Origin: Acidobacteriota bacterium
GTDB lineage: Bacteria > Acidobacteriota > Terriglobia > Acidiferrales > UBA7541
DNA length: 64,000 nucleotides
Direction: 5' to 3'
Assembly: GCA_027307115.1 (NCBI GenBank)
Contig: DAHUXN010000083.1
Coordinates: forward strand, 2,775-66,774
The notes under the pieces were generated by a model. The model did no database searches and was not told the DNA's origin. It was given only the letters and a program-made list of their open reading frames with translations. Position 1 is the first letter of the stretch; every line of letters begins with the position of its first letter. Below, piece after piece: positions 16,587-24,038 of this stretch. Both the position numbers and the translations under genes were made by a program.

Positions 16587-17504
16587 GTGGAAATGGGGGA
16601 CAGCGCACACCCTTTTTTTTCGGGCGAATTGGCGATATTGGAGACGGTCGTGAGTACAGCCAAGGTAAAAGAGAAGAAAAGTCGAGAAAAGTTCCTAAAA
16701 GTGTTGTCGTCCTGTGTTGCGTCTCGCCACATCTCGACGGACACAAAAGTCCTGGTGGTAGGGGGAAACATTGATGACTTTGAAATTCTTAAACGTACTG
16801 GGTTCCGCCATATCATACTGTCGAATTTTGATGGAAGGCCCGGAACGCTGACCGGGGAGATCAGACAGCCGCATTTGATGTACATGGGCCTCGACGGAGA
16901 ACAAATGGGACTGGCCGACGATTCCTTCGACATGGTTTTTGCCCACGAGGTGATACACCACTGTCGGTCGCCGCATCGTGCTGTATGCGAGATGCTAAGG
17001 GTGTCTCGCAAATACGTACTGTTCCTTGAGCCCAACGATTCCTTTCTTATGCGCACAATCACGCAAATGGGCTTTTCGTTTCCCTATGAGCTACCGGGCG
17101 GCCTCGTTGCAGGAGGCGTGCGGAATTCTTCAGTTCCAAACTACATTTATCGTTGGAACTCAGGGGAGCTTCGCAAGACAGTAGCGTCCTTCCTTGCAGA
17201 ATGTGAATTCTCGTTTTTTTCGTACCCCTATTGGGATTTCAACGCGACGGAAGAGGACCTCGAGCTGCGAAAGCAAACGCGACTGCGCCTCGTCACCTCA
17301 TCGATCGGGGTCAGAAACTTTCTTTCTGCGCTTCGATGTATGCAGGTTGTTCTTAATCGGATTTCGTTTATCCGCCGACAAGGCAACAAATTTTTTTGTT
17401 GTATAGAGAAGCAGGATACCTTGAAACCGTGGCTGCTCCGGGAGCAAGGGGAGATCGTTTTTAACCCACGATATGGCGAGGCTGATCATAAGAAACATTT
17501 TTGA
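16587..17504 (+). CDS. class I SAM-dependent methyltransferase
   Basis: KVLVVGGN...DSFDMVFAHEVIHHCRSPHRAVCEMLRVSRKYVLFLEPN. The start is uncertain (GTG 16587, ATG 16593 or further downstream). A T8 run lies at 16613-16620. Confidence 0.75.
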   Translation: MEMGDSAHPFFSGELAILETVVSTAKVKEKKSREKFLKVLSSCVASRHISTDTKVLVVGGNIDDFEILKRTGFRHIILSNFDGRPGTLTGEIRQPHLMYMGLDGEQMGLADDSFDMVFAHEVIHHCRSPHRAVCEMLRVSRKYVLFLEPNDSFLMRTITQMGFSFPYELPGGLVAGGVRNSSVPNYIYRWNSGELRKTVASFLAECEFSFFSYPYWDFNATEEDLELRKQTRLRLVTSSIGVRNFLSALRCMQVVLNRISFIRRQGNKFFCCIEKQDTLKPWLLREQGEIVFNPRYGEADHKKHF

Positions 17505-18169
17505 GCTTCGTGGTTAAGGATCCAACGATGGAAATATTGCGGAAGATGGCAGGGCGACTCGCGCGCCCTCTTCATGTCGCGCTGCGAAGCCAAAAGGTAA
17601 ACTTGATTCTTGAACTTGTCGAACCGGGTCGCTGCGAAAGATTGCTCGACGTGGGCGGCGGAATCGGGGTAGCCGGAGAATTCGCTCGTCTCTATGAGCG
17701 ATTTGAGAGTGTGACCGTTCTAAATCTAGACCTGGGAAGTGCGAACTGGGGTTCGAATGTTCACGCGACAAAGATCCGAGCGGACGGGTGCAAATTGCCC
17801 TTCTCCACTAGATCGATTGACTGGGTATTCTCAAACGCTGTAATTGAGCACGTGGGAGGCTGGTCTAAACAGCAACAGTTCGCTGACGAAATCCGACGCG
17901 TTGCTGCCAAGGGTTATTTCGTCACCACGCCGAATCGGAATTTCCCAATTGAGCCGCATACGCTCCTCCCTTTTTATCAGTTTTTCTCTCCGGCGCTGCA
18001 GGCCAAAGTCGTCCGTTTTTCGCCGGGGTACATAACTGCCTATGAAGAAATAAACCTGCTGTCCGCGAGGGACCTTAAGCGGTTGTTTCCCGAAGCTGAA
18101 ATCAAGCCGATGGGAGTGCCTCTTTGGCCGAATACCCTGGTGGCACTTCACAAGGTAGGTTCGCAGTGA
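17501..18169 (+). CDS. class I SAM-dependent methyltransferase (Methyltransf_11-like)
   Basis: RLLDVGGGIGVAGEF...IDWVFSNAVIEHVGG...GYFVTTPNRNFPIEPH. TTG 17501 overlaps the upstream stop; ATG 17528 is an alternative start. Confidence 0.75.
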   Translation: MSFVVKDPTMEILRKMAGRLARPLHVALRSQKVNLILELVEPGRCERLLDVGGGIGVAGEFARLYERFESVTVLNLDLGSANWGSNVHATKIRADGCKLPFSTRSIDWVFSNAVIEHVGGWSKQQQFADEIRRVAAKGYFVTTPNRNFPIEPHTLLPFYQFFSPALQAKVVRFSPGYITAYEEINLLSARDLKRLFPEAEIKPMGVPLWPNTLVALHKVGSQ

Positions 18170-18954
18170 CAACAGAGGCCTCAACGCTTGCGGGGAACGC
18201 GTCGCTCAATATCGTCGGAGTGCGGGTGGACGCGGTGCAGATTCCCGATGTGATTAAGGAGATGGGAAAGTGGATTTCGCAACGCGACCGTCCACATTAC
18301 ATCTCAGTGGCGAATGTGCATGTCGTGATGGAGGCCCGGCATGATCCGTCCTTCAAAAAGGTGCTCGAGGAAGCGGATCTGTGTGTGCCTGACGGTATGC
18401 CTCTCATCTGGGTGGGCCGCTTAAGAGGGCATAAGCTTCAGCGCAGAGTTTACGGTCCGGATTTACTCTTGGAGTTCTGCCGCGAAACTCAGGAGATGGG
18501 CTATCGCCACTATTTTTACGGTGGGGCCCCGGGCGTCCCAGAGGCGCTGTCGGAAAAACTGAAGGGGCAATTCCCTCAACTGAATGTTGCGGGAGTTTGC
18601 TCGCCTCCGTTTCGCCCGATGACTGCGGAGGAAGATGGTAGGCAGGTTGAAATGATTAACCAAGCGGCCCCTGATGTCCTTTGGGTGGGACTCGGTTGTC
18701 CGAAACAAGAGCGATGGATGCGCGAGCACAGGGACAGACTGCGCGTTCCGGTTCTGGTCGGCGTGGGGCAGGCATTTGATATTCATTCGGGGCGTTCAAA
18801 ACAGGCCCCAAAGTGGCTGCGCGAGCACGGTTTGGAGTGGCTTTATCGGTTGCTGGCTGAGCCGCGTAGATTGTGGCGCCGATATCTGCTTTATAATTCT
18901 CAATTTATCGTGTGCGAATCTCTAGAACTACTAAGGCTAAGGCGGTTCCGCTGA
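18166..18954 (+). CDS. WecB/TagA/CpsF-family (GT26) glycosyltransferase
   Basis: NIVGVRVDAVQIPDVIKEMGKWI...YISVANVHVVMEA...ADLCVPDGMPLIWVGRL...YFYGGAPGV...LWVGLGCPKQERWM. GTG 18166 overlaps the upstream stop (GTGA). The ORF track's start is 18124. Confidence 0.85.
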   Translation: MTTEASTLAGNASLNIVGVRVDAVQIPDVIKEMGKWISQRDRPHYISVANVHVVMEARHDPSFKKVLEEADLCVPDGMPLIWVGRLRGHKLQRRVYGPDLLLEFCRETQEMGYRHYFYGGAPGVPEALSEKLKGQFPQLNVAGVCSPPFRPMTAEEDGRQVEMINQAAPDVLWVGLGCPKQERWMREHRDRLRVPVLVGVGQAFDIHSGRSKQAPKWLREHGLEWLYRLLAEPRRLWRRYLLYNSQFIVCESLELLRLRRFR

Positions 18955-18966
18955 GGAGAAATCATC

Positions 18967-20064
18967 ATGGCAAAGCGCGCGCTTATCACGGGTATCACCG
19001 GTCAGGATGGGTCATACATGGCAGAGCTTCTTCTGTCCAAAGACTACGAGGTGCATGGAATCATTCGAAGGGCCAGCACGTTTAATACTCAGCGCCTGGA
19101 CCATGTCTATAATGATCCTCACAAACCAGGCGCGCGTCTCTTTCTTCACTTTGGAGATTTGTCCAGCGGAGAACAGCTCAGCAACCTTATATACAATGTA
19201 GAACCTAACGAGATCTACCATCTCGGCGCTCAAAGCCACGTCCGTGTGAGTTTTGACATGCCAGAGTACACCGGCGATACGACCGCACTGGGCACCACCA
19301 GGATGTTGGAGGCAATCCGAAGGAGTGGAATCAGAACGAAATTCTATCAAGCGAGCTCTTCCGAAATGTTTGGCAGCGCGCCTCCGCCCCAAAACGAGAG
19401 CACCCCATTTCATCCCAGGAGTCCATATGGCGCAGCGAAGCTATATTCCTACTGGATGACAGTCAACTACCGTGAGGGTTATGGTTTGTTCGCGAGTAAC
19501 GGTATCCTGTTTAACCATGAAAGCCCTCGGCGGGGCGAGACATTCGTTACACGCAAAATCACGCGCGCTGTCGCTCACATTGTCGCCGGGAAACAGCAGG
19601 ACCTGTATCTGGGGAATCTAGACGCAAAGAGGGATTGGGGATATGCCCCTGAGTACGTCGAAGGCATGTGGCGCATCCTGCAGCAAGAGGACGCGAGTGA
19701 TTTTGTTCTCGGCACTGGCGAAGAGCACTCCGTTAGAGAATTCCTCGAAGAGGCCTTTAGCTATGCGGGGCTGGACTGGGAAAGGTATGTGAAAACAGAT
19801 CCAAAATACCTGCGCCCTACAGAAGTTGACTGTCTGATTGCCGACTGCGCTCGAGCGCGACACAGATTGGCCTGGGAGCCCAGAATAACCTTTACCGAAT
19901 TAGTCCGCATTATGGTTGACGCAGACCTCGAGGCGGCGGGTCTTCCCGCTATCGGAGAGGGGAATAAAATCCTCGCCAGCAAATTTCATTCTTGGCACCA
20001 ATGGAATAGCTCTGTTTCTCCGGCGTCTCAGCTGGTGGACGGCCGCGTTCGTGTGATGGAATAG
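18967..20064 (+). CDS. gmd: GDP-mannose 4,6-dehydratase
   Basis: [48 protein letters not shown]... shows Gmd-type sequence along its full length. Confidence 0.95.
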   Translation: MAKRALITGITGQDGSYMAELLLSKDYEVHGIIRRASTFNTQRLDHVYNDPHKPGARLFLHFGDLSSGEQLSNLIYNVEPNEIYHLGAQSHVRVSFDMPEYTGDTTALGTTRMLEAIRRSGIRTKFYQASSSEMFGSAPPPQNESTPFHPRSPYGAAKLYSYWMTVNYREGYGLFASNGILFNHESPRRGETFVTRKITRAVAHIVAGKQQDLYLGNLDAKRDWGYAPEYVEGMWRILQQEDASDFVLGTGEEHSVREFLEEAFSYAGLDWERYVKTDPKYLRPTEVDCLIADCARARHRLAWEPRITFTELVRIMVDADLEAAGLPAIGEGNKILASKFHSWHQWNSSVSPASQLVDGRVRVME

Positions 20065-20089
20065 CCAAACGATAGAGGAGAAAACAGGA

Positions 20090-21070
20090 GTGAATTTCTG
20101 GGCGCGAAAGAGAGTTCTTGTCACCGGTGGTGCGGGATTTCTCGGATCTCAAGTTGTGACGAAACTGCGCGCCCGCGGATGCCAAGATATTTTTATCCCG
20201 CGAAGTCGTGAATTTAATCTTTGCGAAAAAAAAGATGTGAGCAGATTGTTCGAAGTGGTTCATCCGGATCTTGTCATTCATTTAGCGGCGGTGGTTGGTG
20301 GCATCGGAGCCAACCGTAAGCACCCCGGTCGCTTCTTTTATGAGAATGCAATGATGGGACTCCTTCTTATCGAGGAGGCTCGGCGCATCGGCGTCGAGAA
20401 ATTTGTTTCTATTGGCACAGTCTGCTCTTATCCGAAATTCACCCCCGTCCCCTTTCGAGAAGAAGATCTCTGGAACGGATATCCTGAAGAAACCAATGCG
20501 CCCTACGGGCTGGCTAAAAAGATGCTTCTGGTCCAACTGCAATCCTATCGTGAAGAGTTTGGATTCCCTGGCATTTACCTGATCCCTGTAAATCTCTATG
20601 GTCCTGCTGACAATTTCGATCTAGAGACGTCCCACGTAATTCCCGCCCTCATCAGGAAATGTATCGAGGCGAAATCCGAGCGGCGCAAGAAGATAACTGT
20701 GTGGGGCTCAGGAAACGCCTCACGAGAGTTTCTGTACGTAGAGGATGCTGCCGACGGCATCCTTACGGCCGCGGAACGTTATGATAAACCTGATCCCGTT
20801 AATTTGGGTTCAGGCAGCGAAATAACGATTAAAGCGCTTGTTGCCATGATTTGTGAGATGACGAATTTTAAAGGAGCGATTGAATGGGATCCCTCGAAGC
20901 CGGATGGGCAGCTGCGGAGGTGTTTGGATACAATGCGCCCTGAACGAGAATTTGGTTTCAGTGCCAGGGTCAGTCTTCGGGAGGGCTTGCGCAGAACAAT
21001 TGAGTGGTATGAGAGCCACTGCGTTCATTCAGCATCCGCCAAGCTTCCTGACCAGGCTACTGCTGGGTGA
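20090..21070 (+). CDS. fcl: GDP-L-fucose synthase (GDP-4-keto-6-deoxymannose 3,5-epimerase/4-reductase)
   Basis: [16 protein letters not shown]...[12 protein letters not shown]...[25 protein letters not shown]. It lies directly downstream of gmd. Confidence 0.9.
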   Translation: MNFWARKRVLVTGGAGFLGSQVVTKLRARGCQDIFIPRSREFNLCEKKDVSRLFEVVHPDLVIHLAAVVGGIGANRKHPGRFFYENAMMGLLLIEEARRIGVEKFVSIGTVCSYPKFTPVPFREEDLWNGYPEETNAPYGLAKKMLLVQLQSYREEFGFPGIYLIPVNLYGPADNFDLETSHVIPALIRKCIEAKSERRKKITVWGSGNASREFLYVEDAADGILTAAERYDKPDPVNLGSGSEITIKALVAMICEMTNFKGAIEWDPSKPDGQLRRCLDTMRPEREFGFSARVSLREGLRRTIEWYESHCVHSASAKLPDQATAG

Positions 21071-21091
21071 AGCGGATTTGCCTGCTCGCCT

Positions 21092-21607
21092 CTATTTGCG
21101 TCTCCACCATTGGTTTCTCAAATATCTCACAGACTCATCAACAAATCCGATCTGCTCAGGGATAAAGGGTCGCGGTAGCTGCCGGAAATATCCTCTATCG
21201 CGTGTCTTCCTGAGTCTTCTCGTTGGGAGGCATAAACAGATATGAGAGATCGGATTTCCGTAGGGATGCGTCGTCCACTTGTAAGTCATGACTTCGTCAA
21301 CTCGCGTTACTCCAATTCCCAGTTCTCGTCGGGCGACCGACCGACACGCCTGAATTTGCGTCTGGTAAGTGCGCCACAGCCCGCCAGGAAGATGCCACAT
21401 CGAAGGCCAATAGGGATCCGTTGCCGGCCGGCGAACTAGAAATATCTCCCAACGACCAGCAGCCCTGCGAGGAATCACGAGCTCGACATAAGGCAACGCA
21501 AAGCTCTTGTGAAGTTCCAGCCAGACCTCGTCAGGATAGTAGTCCCTGCTGTCTCTCCGCATTTCCTTCAGGAGCTCAGATAGCATCACGGCTCGATCCG
21601 GTTTCAT
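21092..21607 (-). CDS. Nudix-fold protein, GDP-mannose mannosyl hydrolase (WcaH/Gmm)-like with altered Nudix box
   Basis: FLVRRPATDPYWPSMWHLPGGLWRTYQTQIQACRSVARRELGI aligns in length with the Gmm box GGRVQKDETLEAAFERLTMAELGL, but the first Glu is Gln. It is convergent with fcl. Confidence 0.5.
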   Translation of the reverse strand: MKPDRAVMLSELLKEMRRDSRDYYPDEVWLELHKSFALPYVELVIPRRAAGRWEIFLVRRPATDPYWPSMWHLPGGLWRTYQTQIQACRSVARRELGIGVTRVDEVMTYKWTTHPYGNPISHICLCLPTRRLRKTRDRGYFRQLPRPFIPEQIGFVDESVRYLRNQWWRRK

Positions 21608-21789
21608 TCGTTTTGCCTCAACTGGATTTGGGCGACATGGCAGCTAGTGTGTCATTGACACTGGTCCGTGCGCTTAATCCCTTCCGGCCAGAGGGAATTC
21701 AAAAAGCACCCGTCCTCGATACTCGAAAAAAACTAGTGGCGTGCATGACTAAATTGCGGCGCTGCGATACGCCGTCAGCCGCGACCATT

Positions 21790-21960
21790 TCGGCTTGATA
21801 AAGGACGGGAACTTTTCGCCGCACGCAGGCTTCGAGCACGCGCTCCGTCAGCGCGTCGCTCACCACACTCGTAATCTGAGATTATTAGCACATTCACAGC
21901 TCTGACTTCGGCAAGAATTCGGTTCGCCAATTCATCCTCGGCGTTTTGCGGCAAGCGCGT
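21790..21960 (-). pseudogene. remnant of a PfkB-family sugar kinase (RfaE/HldE domain I-like), frameshifted and truncated
   Basis: The minus strand reads LPQNAEDELANRILAEVRAVNVLIISDYECG in one frame. It continues in a second frame as VVSDALTERVLEACVRRKVPVL. Compare E. coli HldE ...[30 protein letters not shown]... There is no intact ORF. Confidence 0.35.
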
Positions 21961-22228
21961 GCGCATTTCCCGATTCAATGGGTGCGCCTTCGGCTAGCGG
22001 CGCTTCGCATGCTGTTTGAACCTGCGCGAACGTGACCTCGTCTCCAATATTCTCTCCTCCCATGCGGCCCTAAAGTCCTGCAAGACTAGCACGGACATAG
22101 GGGATCTCGCGCGAGGGGCTGCTGCTTTCAAGATGTCAAAGTAAGCCGCAAAAGCCAGCTCCTCCGATCATCCACACGTCGTTCGGTCGGAGCCTTCTTC
22201 AGGGCCATTGTTTTGCCACTCGAAACAT

Positions 22229-22480
22229 GGGTCCAAAACCCTCCGGAAGTGAGTCGAAACGCACTCGAAATGTCGCTGGAGATCACCCGGAATAGGCGTG
22301 AGGATGGGTGGTCGGCCCAGGGGGTCCAAAAAGGGGTTCGAACCCTCCGGAAGTGAGTCCAAATGCCCCCGAAATGTTGCTTGGAGATCGCCCAAAATAG
22401 GCGCTAAGATAGGGGGTCGGCCCAGGGGGTCAAAACATGAGTCCGGATTGAGTCCATTTGGTGCCGAATTAGGGCCAAAA
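22229..22480. repeat. imperfect tandem repeat, period about 92-105 bp, about 2.5 copies
   Basis: Unit A 22229-22320 and unit B 22321-22425 both read GGGGTCCAAAA...CCCTCCGGAAGTGAGTC.AAA.GC.C.CGAAATGT.GCT.GGAGATC.CCC..AATAGGCG...GGTCGGCCCAG. A degenerate third unit starts at 22426. Confidence 0.8.
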
Positions 22481-22540
22481 TCAGCATGTTCGACGCAGAA
22501 CAAAGCTAAACAGGCCAATAAGATAGAGTTTCTGCTTTTA

Positions 22541-22586
22541 CTTCGGGACCAGGAGGTCGAAGGTTCAAATCCTTTCGCCCCGACCA
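22541..22586 (+). pseudogene. orphan 3' half of a tRNA-Pro (anticodon loop to CCA)
   Basis: CTTCGGGA-CCAGG-AGGTC-GAAGG-TTCAAAT-CCTTT-CGCCCCG-A-CCA contains a Pro-type anticodon loop (CGG), the 3' anticodon stem, the T-arm, a 3' acceptor complementary to CGGGGCG, discriminator A and an encoded CCA. The sequence upstream (TTTTA) cannot form the 5' anticodon stem, and no 5' half is present. Confidence 0.7.
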
Positions 22587-22625
22587 CTTATCCCAAAACA
22601 AATCAAGCGGAGAACCCGCAAGAAC

Positions 22626-23072
22626 ATGAGCCTGACGGAACGCATTCAAAAAGAACTGACCGCGGCGATGAAGGAGAAGGACGAGCTGCGCTTGAGCGTT
22701 CTTCGCATGATGAAGAGCGCCTTGAAAAACAAAGAAATCGAAAAGATGCGCCCCCTCGAAGATTTGGAAGCGCTGCAAATTCTGCAGACGATGGTGAAAC
22801 AGCGGCGCGAGTCCGTCGAGCAATTCACCAAAGGCGGACGCGACGACCTCGCCGCAAAAGAAGCGCAAGAAATCAAGATCATCGAAAGCTATTTGCCGGC
22901 GGCTCCGAGCGATGCTGAACTTTCCCGCGCCGTCGAGGAAGCCATCGCGGACACCGAAGCCGATTCGCTGAAGCAAATGGGCGCCGTGATCAAGGCCGCG
23001 CGCGCGCGTCTGGAAGGCAAAACCGTGGACGGCAAAGTTCTCAGCGATAAAGTGCGCGAACGCCTCTCCTGA
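22626..23072 (+). CDS. yqeY: GatB/YqeY domain-containing protein
   Basis: MSLTERIQKELTAAMKEKDELRLSVLRMMKSALKNKEIEK...ESYLP... is a typical YqeY family sequence. Confidence 0.9.
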   Translation: MSLTERIQKELTAAMKEKDELRLSVLRMMKSALKNKEIEKMRPLEDLEALQILQTMVKQRRESVEQFTKGGRDDLAAKEAQEIKIIESYLPAAPSDAELSRAVEEAIADTEADSLKQMGAVIKAARARLEGKTVDGKVLSDKVRERLS

Positions 23073-23104
23073 CCGCCCACAGTGCTTTGGATTGCTCCGC
23101 AGGC

Positions 23105-23110
23105 TACAAT
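23105..23110 (+). promoter_or_regulatory. candidate -10 box (TACAAT) for tRNA-Ser
   Basis: TACAAT lies 14 nt upstream of the tRNA 5' end. The same CTACAAT block is retained in the inverted partial copy at 48.6 kb. No convincing -35 element was seen. Confidence 0.3.
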
Positions 23111-23124
23111 ACAATAGCTGGGTT

Positions 23125-23215
23125 GGAGGGGTGGGTGAGTGGTTGAAACCGGCGGTCTTGAAAACCGTTAGACCTCAAAAGGGTCTCGTGGGTTCGAATC
23201 CCACCCCCTCCGCCA
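23125..23215 (+). tRNA. tRNA-Ser (anticodon UGA), CCA encoded
   Basis: The fold is: acceptor GGAGGGG, D-arm, anticodon stem-loop GCGGT-CTTGAAA-ACCGT (TGA), long variable arm AGACC-TCAAAAG-GGTCT, T-arm GTGGG-TTCGAAT-CCCAC, then CCCCTCC-G-CCA. Confidence 0.9.
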
Positions 23216-24038
23216 GTCAGTCATAGGTTTTCTTGCCGTTACGCTGAGCACAGGAGAAAGGCCGAATTTTCGCCTTAATTGGCGAGAATTCGCTACCTGA
23301 GCTTTGCGCTCTCTCCGGCTTGAGTCAAGAGGGGCCAAGAATAGTCTGTAGTATTTTCTCAAACTAATCCCGAAGTACATTTTTAAAAAACAAGCGCTCC
23401 TGACAGTTGGTATGCCTACCCGCGCAAGGATTCCTTCGATGCCCGTCGGATACCCCATAAGAACCCCTGGATCTCCTGTCGCGCTGGCACCGCTCCTCGG
23501 GTTCAATCTCAAGACTGCGATATTGGGAGGCGAAGGGCTTCTTCCGATCGCAGGCACATCTACCTGCAGCCTGCGCGCCGCCCCGATCAATATATCTTTA
23601 ATCGGGCCGACGGCGACGCTGAGGGCAGCCAGCGAAGCAGTGGCTCTTTGCAACTCCTTGATGTGGCTATGAGCTTCCACGAGACGCGACGGTGCGATGA
23701 TACGAACCATAGGCGTGTCACTCCGTTGGTCGCAGAAGCGGCGGAGCGGCTTTTGGTCCTGGTTGGCCTCGAAGCAAAAAGAATACAAAGTGGATCTGAT
23801 TGGGCCGGATGAGGCATCGAATAGGCGATGCGCAGTTTAGTTGTATATGTTTCGGAAGAATCGCTGGGCGCCGTCAACTGCGCATATTCGGACAGGGACA
23901 CGAGATCATTAGGAAGCGTGGACTGTCAGCCGACCGGCAGCGGCCCAAATCTTCAGCTTCGCCGGTGCATCCAATCGAGTTGAGGTTTAGAGTAAGATCC
24001 AGCAAATTGACAGACAGGGAGACGAACGGCGAAGCAGT

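Noticed and set aside
22229-22480. Possible CRISPR array.
   Set aside because: The period is about 100 bp with contiguous degenerate units. There is no alternation of short conserved repeats with unique spacers, and no cas genes are in the window.
22168-22918. ORFs 22168-22587 (-) and 22298-22918 (+) across the junction region.
   Set aside because: They run through the tandem repeats and the tRNA-Pro fragment (the GFEPSTSW-type translation of a T-arm) and overlap yqeY. They have no coding-like composition or motifs.
23414-23710. Possible remnant of a trypsin-like (HtrA-type) serine protease on the minus strand (…PPNIAVLRLNP…GDPGVLMGYPTGIEGILARVG…).
   Set aside because: The resemblance is only loose, to the DIAVL and GxPxG segments. 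No catalytic His or Ser motifs are present, and the ORF runs into the tRNA-Ser gene. This is too weak to call without a BLASTX hit.
23216-24038. Integrase or prophage end expected next to tRNA-Ser.
   Set aside because: No ORF with tyrosine- or serine-recombinase motifs occurs here or anywhere else in the window. The region holds only short non-coding-looking ORFs and an imperfect 12-bp-stem (one mismatch) hairpin at 23263-23292.
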